Shown: one piece after another, positions 1 through 4,749 of the stretch
How positions within the stretch are numbered: position 1 is the first letter of the stretch
How the letters are laid out: each line of letters opens with the position of its first letter
Origin: a virus
DNA: 10,230 nt
Reading direction: 5' to 3' (one strand)
Virus genome (UHGV): UHGV-0083157
Position numbers and translations under genes: made by a program
Notes under the pieces: model-generated
What the model was told of the DNA's origin: nothing
Database searches by the model: none
The model's input: only the letters and a program-made list of their open reading frames with translations

Positions 1-66
1 TAGTTTATATGGTTAAAATTCGAGTTTTGCAAACTTGGGAACTGAGTTCAATTCTCAGTGACTCCA
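1..66 (+). tRNA. tRNA-Ala (anticodon TGC), 5' end truncated by window edge (window starts at about tRNA position 8)
   Basis: Manual fold: D-stem 3-6/16-19, anticodon stem 21-25/33-37, loop TTTGCAA (26-32), T-arm CTGAG-TTCAATT-CTCAG (42-58), 3' acceptor strand 59-65 with T at position 70 (consistent with G3:U70 Ala identity), discriminator A66, encoded CCA 67-69. Confidence 0.7.
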
Positions 67-75
67 CCAATTAGT

Positions 76-147
76 GCATCCATAGTTTAAACGGGAAAAT
101 TACAGTCTTCCAAACTGATGTTGAGGGTTCGATTCCCTCTGGATGCT
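76..147 (+). tRNA. tRNA-Gly (anticodon TCC)
   Basis: Acceptor GCATCCA (76-82) pairs perfectly with TGGATGC (140-146); T-arm GAGGG-TTCGATT-CCCTC (123-139); anticodon loop CTTCCAA (107-113); discriminator T147; CCA 148-150. D-arm pairing is weak. Confidence 0.62.
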
Positions 148-156
148 CCAAATAAT

Positions 157-230
157 GCTGCTTTCGTATAATTGGCTATTGCACATCCCTTGTAAGGATG
201 GAGATGCAGGTTCGAGTCCTGTGAGCAGCA
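157..230 (+). tRNA. tRNA-Thr (anticodon TGT)
   Basis: Acceptor GCTGCTT (157-163) pairs with GAGCAGC (223-229); anticodon stem CATCC/GGATG perfect (184-188/196-200), loop CTTGTAA (189-195); T-arm GCAGG-TTCGAGT-CCTGT (206-222); discriminator A230; CCA 231-233. Confidence 0.7.
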
Positions 231-329
231 CCAATTTTGAGGTCAAGTGAAAGACCGCTTGAGTCAACTGAAGACCGTAACAAATTCCACGGAGTTGAGT
301 TAGCGGCACAACTTCAGACTTCTTTTCAT

Positions 330-401
330 ACTCGCTTAGTTTATATGGTAAAGCCCCATCCTTACAAGTTGGTGAAGAAGGTTCAAGTCCTTCAGCGAGT
401 A
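330..401 (+). tRNA. tRNA-Val (anticodon TAC)
   Basis: Acceptor ACTCGCT (330-336) pairs with AGCGAGT (394-400); TA at positions 8-9; D-stem GTTT/AAGC; anticodon loop CTTACAA (361-367); T-arm GAAGG-TTCAAGT-CCTTC (377-393); discriminator A401; CCA 402-404. Confidence 0.62.
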
Positions 402-406
402 CCAAT

Positions 407-481
407 GTTCCAGTATCCCAATTGGCAGAGGATGCAAGCTCAAACCTTGTATTAGTGACGGTTCGAATCCGTCTTGGAACA
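407..481 (+). tRNA. tRNA-Leu-like (anticodon CAA), short variable region (type-I-like)
   Basis: Acceptor GTTCCAG (407-413) pairs with TTGGAAC (474-480); D-arm TCC-CAATTGGCAGA-GGA (3-bp stem, large loop); anticodon stem GCAAG/CTTGT (434-438/446-450), loop CTCAAAC (439-445); T-arm GACGG-TTCGAAT-CCGTC (457-473); discriminator A481 (matches Leu identity A73); CCA 482-484. Variable region only about 6 nt. Confidence 0.58.
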
Positions 482-489
482 CCAATTTT

Positions 490-494
490 AGGAG
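490..494 (+). promoter_or_regulatory. Shine-Dalgarno AGGAG for ORF 501-713
   Basis: AGGAG at 490-494, 6-nt spacer, ATG at 501. Confidence 0.4.
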
Positions 495-500
495 ATTCCT

Positions 501-713
501 ATGAAGCCTTATGGTAGACACGGTAAAGTTGAAATTGCAAGTTGTGGTTGCTGTGCTTCTCACGATGGTGAAGAAGATTACTACAAGTGGCGTATAGACC
601 ATCGTAGACGCTTTCTCAGAAGAGATAAGAAGAGAGCTAGACAGGAATCTCAAAAGAACATTGCAGAATTAGTTCAAATGGATAGAGCAGCAACCTACGA
701 AGTTGTTTGTTAG
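501..713 (+). CDS. Hypothetical small basic protein (70 aa, Cys-x-Cys-Cys motif, Arg/Lys-rich); 3' end overlaps tRNA-Arg
   Basis: ATG with strong SD at optimal spacing; open frame to TAG 711-713. The last ~50 nt of coding sequence coincide with tRNA-Arg (663-736), so this may be spurious. No recognisable domain. Confidence 0.35.
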   Translation: MKPYGRHGKVEIASCGCCASHDGEEDYYKWRIDHRRRFLRRDKKRARQESQKNIAELVQMDRAATYEVVC

Positions 714-736
714 GGGTTCGAATCCCTTATTCTGCA
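663..736 (+). tRNA. tRNA-Arg (anticodon ACG)
   Basis: Acceptor GCAGAAT (663-669) pairs perfectly with ATTCTGC (729-735); TA 670-671; D-arm GTTC-AAATGGATA-GAGC; anticodon stem GCAAC/GTTGT (690-694/702-706), loop CTACGAA (695-701); T-arm AGGGG-TTCGAAT-CCCTT (712-728); discriminator A736; CCA 737-739. Confidence 0.75.
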
Positions 737-758
737 CCAATTTAAAGAGGCTATTTAA

Positions 759-1316
759 ATGAGATATTTGAAGTATGCTTCATGGATTTTCCTAGCTTTG
801 CTAGAGCCATTTGCAGCAATCTTAGCAGTAATCTTAGCACCCTTTGTGGTTCCATTCTACAGTGAGAAGAAAGGTCACCTGCCTTTTGGATTCAGATGGA
901 TGGAAACTTATGACAACCAGATTGACGGTGACAAAGGTCACGTTGAACGATGGGCTAAGATTCGAAAGATTGGTAAGCTCGGTGTTTATATGCAGAGAGT
1001 TGGATGGCTCTGGAGAAACAAAGCTTATAACTTCTCTTACCATGTATTAGGAAGAGATGTAAAAGATGTTACTAAGTGGAAAGGTAATATCAACGTAAGT
1101 TCTAACCCTGAAGATAATCAGACAGGTTATCTACTGATGTGGAACAGTAATGCTTGGGGATTATTCGCTTTTATCCCATCAATTAAAGTCTTTGGTAAAC
1201 AGTTTTACTGGAGAATTTATGTTGGTTGGAAGCTTAAAAGTGTTGTCCCAGAAGAAAGAGCATTCTCAAGGGAAAGAATTATGTTGGCATTCTTTATTCA
1301 TCCACTAAGAAAGTAA
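759..1316 (+). CDS. Hypothetical membrane protein (185 aa; N-terminal hydrophobic segment, Trp/Tyr/Lys-rich remainder)
   Basis: ATG 759 preceded by AAGAGG (745-750, 8-nt spacer); uninterrupted frame to TAA 1314-1316; N-terminal stretch WIFLALLEPFAAILAVILAPFVVPF is a predicted TM helix. Embedded between tRNA-Arg and tRNA-Gln with 8 nt to the next tRNA. Confidence 0.6.
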   Translation: MRYLKYASWIFLALLEPFAAILAVILAPFVVPFYSEKKGHLPFGFRWMETYDNQIDGDKGHVERWAKIRKIGKLGVYMQRVGWLWRNKAYNFSYHVLGRDVKDVTKWKGNINVSSNPEDNQTGYLLMWNSNAWGLFAFIPSIKVFGKQFYWRIYVGWKLKSVVPEERAFSRERIMLAFFIHPLRK

Positions 1317-1324
1317 AGATTTAA

Positions 1325-1397
1325 AGGGGATTAGTTTACAAGGTTAAAACCTCGGTCTTTGAAATCGAAGAAGTTGGTTCAATTCCAACATCCCCCG
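1325..1397 (+). tRNA. tRNA-Gln (anticodon TTG)
   Basis: TA 1332-1333; D-stem GTTT/AAAC perfect; anticodon stem TCGGT/ATCGA (1352-1356/1364-1368), loop CTTTGAA (1357-1363); T-arm GTTGG-TTCAATT-CCAAC (1373-1389); 3' acceptor ATCCCCC (1390-1396); discriminator G1397 (Gln identity G73); CCA 1398-1400. The 1:72 pair is A/C, a weak first pair. Confidence 0.62.
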
Positions 1398-1402
1398 CCA
1401 AT

Positions 1403-1478
1403 GCTCCATTACTCCAATTGGCAGAGAGGCCAGACTTAAAATCTGTGTTATGTATCGGTTCGAATCCGATATGGAGTA
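1403..1478 (+). tRNA. tRNA-Leu-like (anticodon TAA), short variable region (type-I-like)
   Basis: Acceptor GCTCCAT (1403-1409) pairs with ATGGAGT (1471-1477); D-arm CTC-CAATTGGCAGA-GAG (same architecture as the 407-481 tRNA); anticodon loop CTTAAAA (1435-1441); T-arm ATCGG-TTCGAAT-CCGAT (1454-1470); discriminator A1478; CCA 1479-1481. Variable region about 7 nt. Confidence 0.58.
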
Positions 1479-1488
1479 CCAAATTAAT

Positions 1489-1561
1489 AGCAGTGTAGCA
1501 TAACTGGCAATGCTCCAGCCTCTGAAGCTGAAAGATTAAGGTTCAAATCCTTACGCTGCTG
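1489..1561 (+). tRNA. tRNA-Gln (anticodon CTG)
   Basis: Acceptor AGCAGTG (1489-1495) pairs with CGCTGCT (1554-1560); D-stem GCAT/ATGC perfect; anticodon loop CTCTGAA (1520-1526); T-arm TAAGG-TTCAAAT-CCTTA (1537-1553); discriminator G1561; CCA 1562-1564. Confidence 0.62.
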
Positions 1562-1595
1562 CCACTTCTAAGGGTTCTTACGAGAGTCCTTACAT

Positions 1596-1669
1596 GTGGC
1601 CTTATCATAAATGGATAATGACCCATGCTGTGAACATGGTCTATATGGGTTCGATTCCCGTAGGTCACC
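1596..1669 (+). tRNA. tRNA-His (anticodon GTG)
   Basis: Acceptor GTGGCCT (1596-1602) pairs with AGGTCAC (1662-1668); D-stem TCAT/ATGA perfect; anticodon stem CCATG/CATGG perfect (1623-1627/1635-1639), loop CTGTGAA (1628-1634); T-arm ATGGG-TTCGATT-CCCGT; discriminator C1669 (His identity C73); CCA 1670-1672. The -1 position is T, so no encoded G-1. Confidence 0.75.
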
Positions 1670-1680
1670 CCAAATTTAAT

Positions 1681-1753
1681 GGGTTAAGTAGCTTATATGG
1701 TTAAAGCGCGTGTCTGAAAAACATGAGAAGAGGGTTCAAATCCCACTAACCCG
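1681..1753 (+). tRNA. tRNA-Phe (anticodon GAA), irregular acceptor/T-arm geometry
   Basis: D-arm GCTT-ATATGGTTA-AAGC (1691-1707); anticodon stem CGTGT/ACATG (1709-1713/1721-1725), loop CTGAAAA (1714-1720); T-loop TTCAAAT (1735-1741); acceptor GGGTTA(A) pairs with (C)TAACCC; CCA 1754-1756. One extra nucleotide near positions 8-9 or a mismatched T-stem pair, so boundaries are +/-1 nt. Confidence 0.55.
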
Positions 1754-1773
1754 CCAATTTCAAAAGGTGCTTA

Positions 1774-2508
1774 ATGAAAGAGATGACAGAACAAGGTAAA
1801 GGGATTTTCAATCTCCTGAAATCCGGTAACGGGTTTTCTAACCCTCTTATTACCGGTGCAGCAATCCTTGGTGGCACAATTGCTGCTTCTACTTCATTAG
1901 TAAGCTCTCTTAGCTCGGTATCAGACCCTACTGTACAAGATAAGCTTATTGCGGCTGGTTTAACAGTAGCACTATTAAGTAGCTTTACAACAAGTCTGGG
2001 AAGCACAACCTCAACAACCAATACACTGACCAAATATGGACAGAAGTCTGTAGATGAGTTTTCACAGCGTATGCAAGTAGCTAAAGGTTACTCTAACGTT
2101 ATGGGAGCAGCAGGTGAACAGGTTGGTTGTACTCCATTTAGTGGAATCATGGGAGTTGCTACTGAGTACGGTAACAAAGCAATGGAACTGATTAACACCT
2201 CTTTAGATGCTGTGAATGACGTTCTAAGCGATTTACAAGATGCAATTGACCAAGGACTAGCAACCATCGAAGAACTCGCCTCACAAGCCGTTACAGCGAT
2301 TAATCAGGGCATTGCTAAGATTACTGCATATGCTAATGAGGTCACTCAGATGATTGCAGATGAAGCAGCGTTAATTGCTGATTACTTGAAAACGAATATT
2401 AATGGTTTCCTTGCAGGTGTCTTACCAGACTGGTTTGATGATGCTTGTAAAACTGGCGTGATTGATTCAATCGCAACTCCAGAAATGAAGGATGCCTTGA
2501 ACAAATAA
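1774..2508 (+). CDS. Hypothetical protein (244 aa; Ser/Thr/Ala/Gly-rich low-complexity N-terminal half with a hydrophobic segment, acidic helical C-terminal half)
   Basis: ATG 1774 with AAAGG/AAGGTG upstream (1763-1769); open frame to TAA 2506-2508; sits 17 nt after the CCA of tRNA-Phe and 2 nt before tRNA-Ser. No recognisable catalytic motif. Confidence 0.6.
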   Translation: MKEMTEQGKGIFNLLKSGNGFSNPLITGAAILGGTIAASTSLVSSLSSVSDPTVQDKLIAAGLTVALLSSFTTSLGSTTSTTNTLTKYGQKSVDEFSQRMQVAKGYSNVMGAAGEQVGCTPFSGIMGVATEYGNKAMELINTSLDAVNDVLSDLQDAIDQGLATIEELASQAVTAINQGIAKITAYANEVTQMIADEAALIADYLKTNINGFLAGVLPDWFDDACKTGVIDSIATPEMKDALNK

Positions 2509-2510
2509 TT

Positions 2511-2600
2511 GGAAGATTAACCCTAAAAGGTAAGGGAACAGTTTGCTAAACTGTCAGTAACCGAGAAATCGGCGTACCAGTTCAAGTCTGGTATCTTCCT
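2511..2600 (+). tRNA. tRNA-Ser (anticodon GCT), type II with long variable arm
   Basis: Acceptor GGAAGAT (2511-2517) is the perfect complement of ATCTTCC (2593-2599); anticodon stem ACAGT/ACTGT perfect (2538-2542/2550-2554), loop TTGCTAA (2543-2549); long variable arm with CCGA-GAAA-TCGG stem (2555-2575); T-arm ACCAG-TTCAAGT-CTGGT; discriminator T2600; CCA 2601-2603. Confidence 0.8.
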
Positions 2601-2610
2601 CCAATTTAAT

Positions 2611-2683
2611 GCGTCGATGACAGAAATGGCTATGTGCCTGTCTGCAAAACAGGATTATGAGGGTTCGACTCCCTTTCGACGCT
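2611..2683 (+). tRNA. tRNA-Cys (anticodon GCA)
   Basis: Acceptor GCGTCGA (2611-2617) is the perfect complement of TCGACGC (2676-2682); anticodon stem CCTGT/ACAGG perfect (2637-2641/2649-2653), loop CTGCAAA (2642-2648); T-arm GAGGG-TTCGACT-CCCTT; discriminator T2683 (Cys identity U73); CCA 2684-2686. Confidence 0.8.
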
Positions 2684-2721
2684 CCAAATTATTTTACTCT
2701 CTCTCAAAATAAAATAATAAC

Positions 2722-2780
2722 GCCCTGCTACGAGTATTCTTCCTTTCGCTACCGAAGAGTATTTTTAGACAGGGCTTTTT
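2722..2780 (+). terminator. Putative rho-independent terminator (long imperfect hairpin plus T-tract) downstream of the tRNA array
   Basis: GCCCTG (2722-2727) pairs with CAGGGC (2770-2775), with an inner TCTTC/GAAGA stem (2738-2742/2754-2758), immediately followed by TTTTT (2776-2780). Confidence 0.45.
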
Positions 2781-2794
2781 TACAGATGTATACT
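2765..2794 (+). promoter_or_regulatory. Candidate sigma70-like promoter (TTAGAC - 18 nt - TATACT)
   Basis: -35-like TTAGAC 2765-2770 and -10-like TATACT 2789-2794; AT-rich context. Weak sequence-only call; it overlaps the preceding terminator stem. Confidence 0.2.
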
Positions 2795-2846
2795 TTATAA
2801 GAAGACTTATACAGTATGTCTCTGGCATACATTGTGGTTTCTCCTT

Positions 2847-2870
2847 GACGGTCTCTGCGCCGTCTTTTTT
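2847..2870 (+). terminator. Putative rho-independent terminator/attenuator hairpin directly upstream of the packaging-head operon
   Basis: GACGG (2847-2851), 8-nt loop, CCGTC (2860-2864), followed by TTTTTT (2865-2870). Confidence 0.45.
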
Positions 2871-2908
2871 AAGGGGAGCCATTCACTTATTATTTTTGGA
2901 GAAATACA

Positions 2909-3109
2909 ATGAACGAGACTAATGTTTACAAAGAACTTTATGATGCAAACAAAAGAGCCGAACTGTTACAGAACACTATTATTAGTGTTGCTCACCGTCT
3001 GGCTAATGCAACTGGTAAAGATATTAAAGAAACCAATATGGATGAACTGTTAGATGCAGTTGATGTAAAGTTTGGTGTTAAGTCTACCGAAGAAGTTGCT
3101 GCTGAATAA
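2909..3109 (+). CDS. Hypothetical small protein (66 aa) immediately upstream of the large terminase
   Basis: ATG 2909 with GGAG (2898-2901, 7-nt spacer); stop TAA 3107-3109; acidic, helical-looking. Too short for a confident small-terminase call. Confidence 0.5.
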   Translation: MNETNVYKELYDANKRAELLQNTIISVAHRLANATGKDIKETNMDELLDAVDVKFGVKSTEEVAAE

Positions 3110-3130
3110 TTCTATTTGCGGAGGCGCTTA

Positions 3131-4732
3131 ATGGATTTGAATGCTGTTAAGCAGAAGCGAGTGGAAGATGTAAGGAGAGTCCTAGCTGGAGAGTTGGGAC
3201 TTTCTGATGAAGTTAAAGATATTATCAAGTCATTTGGTAAAGACCCCTCTAAATTCCTTCCTACTCAGATTCTGACTTTATTAAGATACACTCCAGACCA
3301 AGTAAGACTTATCTTCAAACTTATGACTGATAAGAACTATGTAGCTCCACAACCCGGCTCTCAGGAAGTATTTCTTAACACAAATGCTGACTTAGTTCTG
3401 TATGGTGGTGCTGCTGGTGCTGGTAAGACTGCTGCTTTGCTGATGGATTCACTCAGATTTATCGAAGACCCTAACTATAACGCTGTATACTTCCGTCGAA
3501 ACACGACACAGTTACAAGGTGGTTTATGGCCTGCTGCGAAGAAGCTTTTTGGTAAGTTCGGTGGTGTCCCACATGAACAGAAGATGACTATTGTATTCCC
3601 TTCTGGGGCTACTATCAAGTTTACCTACTTAGAACTTGAAAAACACGCTGAAGGTCATCAGGGTATTGAATACTCAGCAATTTACTTTGACGAAGGTACA
3701 CACTTCTCTGCGTCACAGATTTCATACCTACAAACACGTCTTCGTTCTGGTGCTGAAGGTGACTCTTACATGAAGATTTCCATGAACCCAGACAGAGACC
3801 ACTTCATTTACGATTGGGTAGAACCATTCTTAGACGAAGAAGGTTATCCAGACCCTGAGAAATGTGGTCGTATTCGTTGGTATGTGATGAGTGATGGCGT
3901 GATGGTATCTGATTGGGATAGAGACAAGATTCTTGAAATGTTTCCTCTGGAGATTCCTCAGACGTATACTTTTATCTCTGGTACGATTGATGATAACCCA
4001 ATTCTTGACTTCTTGGAACCGAAGTATCGTGGTAAGCTTGAAAACAACACTCCAGTAAACGTTGCACGTTTGAGATTTGGTAACTGGAAAGCTCGTGCAG
4101 AAGGTTCTAACTATTGGCAAAGGCAATGGTGTGAGATTGTTGATTCAGTTCCACCTGATGTATTTGATGTTAGAGCATGGGACTTAGCGGCTACTTTACC
4201 TTCTGAAGTTAACCCTAACCCTGACTGGACAGCGGGTGTTAGAATGGCTAAATCTAAAAAAGATGGTTGCTATTATGTCATGAACGTAGTAAGATTTAGA
4301 GATAGACCTTCTGGAGTCGAGACACAAATTAACTTGACTGCTGAAAGCGACGGCAAACGTACTGGTATCTTTATTCCTCAAGACCCAGGCGCTGCTGGTA
4401 AATCCTACGCAACATCTCTTATCAGAAAACTTGCCGAGAAAGGTTATCGTGCAAGAGCCAAACCAACCAATAAAGATAAAGTTACCCGTTTTGCGGGTTT
4501 CTCTGCTGCTTCTGAAGCAGGATTGGTAAAAATCGTTAGAGGTAGCTGGAACGAAGCCTATTTCCAAGAACTTGAAGGTTTTTGTGGAGATGGGAAAACC
4601 AAGGATGACCAAGTGGATGCCACAAGCGATGCTTTCAACAGTCTCAACGAAGTAAAACTATTCAAGCCGCCTTCTATGGGTACTCACACTGATTTAGTGA
4701 GAAGCAATCCTTATGAGGGGCTTAGACGTTAA
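3131..4732 (+). CDS. Terminase large subunit (533 aa from ATG 3131; ORF track uses an upstream TTG at 3116)
   Basis: GGAGG (3120-3124) 6 nt before ATG 3131; Walker A-like LVLYGGAAGAGKTAA; Walker B-like AIYFDEGTHF; C-terminal nuclease-like region with VRAWDLAAT; size and position before the portal gene are typical of TerL. Confidence 0.85.
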   Translation: MDLNAVKQKRVEDVRRVLAGELGLSDEVKDIIKSFGKDPSKFLPTQILTLLRYTPDQVRLIFKLMTDKNYVAPQPGSQEVFLNTNADLVLYGGAAGAGKTAALLMDSLRFIEDPNYNAVYFRRNTTQLQGGLWPAAKKLFGKFGGVPHEQKMTIVFPSGATIKFTYLELEKHAEGHQGIEYSAIYFDEGTHFSASQISYLQTRLRSGAEGDSYMKISMNPDRDHFIYDWVEPFLDEEGYPDPEKCGRIRWYVMSDGVMVSDWDRDKILEMFPLEIPQTYTFISGTIDDNPILDFLEPKYRGKLENNTPVNVARLRFGNWKARAEGSNYWQRQWCEIVDSVPPDVFDVRAWDLAATLPSEVNPNPDWTAGVRMAKSKKDGCYYVMNVVRFRDRPSGVETQINLTAESDGKRTGIFIPQDPGAAGKSYATSLIRKLAEKGYRARAKPTNKDKVTRFAGFSAASEAGLVKIVRGSWNEAYFQELEGFCGDGKTKDDQVDATSDAFNSLNEVKLFKPPSMGTHTDLVRSNPYEGLRR

Positions 4733-4749
4733 CAATTCAGGTGAGAAGA
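4726..4749 (+). repeat. Translation-initiation-region repeat copy 1 (ACGTTAACAATTCAGGTGA + GAAGA) abutting the portal ATG and overlapping the TerL stop codon
   Basis: 19-nt core 4726-4744 is identical to 7919-7937; contains SD-like AGGTGA (4739-4744) 5 nt before ATG 4750. Confidence 0.7.

Noticed and set aside
100-653. ORF-track frames 100-405 (-), 237-455 (+) and 336-653 (-) across the first tRNA block
   Set aside because: They run through or antisense to multiple tRNA genes, have no RBS, and the tRNA folds explain the sequence much better.
834-1050. ORFs 834-1043 (-) and 844-1050 (+) inside ORF 759-1316
   Set aside because: Alternative-frame or antisense frames nested in a longer ORF that has an RBS; no independent start signals.
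1746-2033. Minus-strand ORF 1746-2033 (95 aa)
   Set aside because: Antisense to tRNA-Phe and to the 5' part of ORF 1774-2508; all supported genes in the window are on the + strand.
2694-2882. Minus-strand ORF 2694-2882 (62 aa) covering the intergenic region
   Set aside because: No SD upstream of its start on the minus strand; the region is better explained by the two hairpin terminators and AT-rich regulatory sequence.
3116-3130. Upstream TTG start for the large terminase (ORF track 3116)
   Set aside because: ATG 3131 has a GGAGG SD at ideal spacing, whereas TTG 3116 has no RBS and would place the SD inside the coding sequence.
3830-4612. Minus-strand ORFs 3830-4126 and 4196-4612 inside the terminase gene
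   Set aside because: Antisense to a strongly supported terminase ORF with ATPase motifs; likely chance frames.
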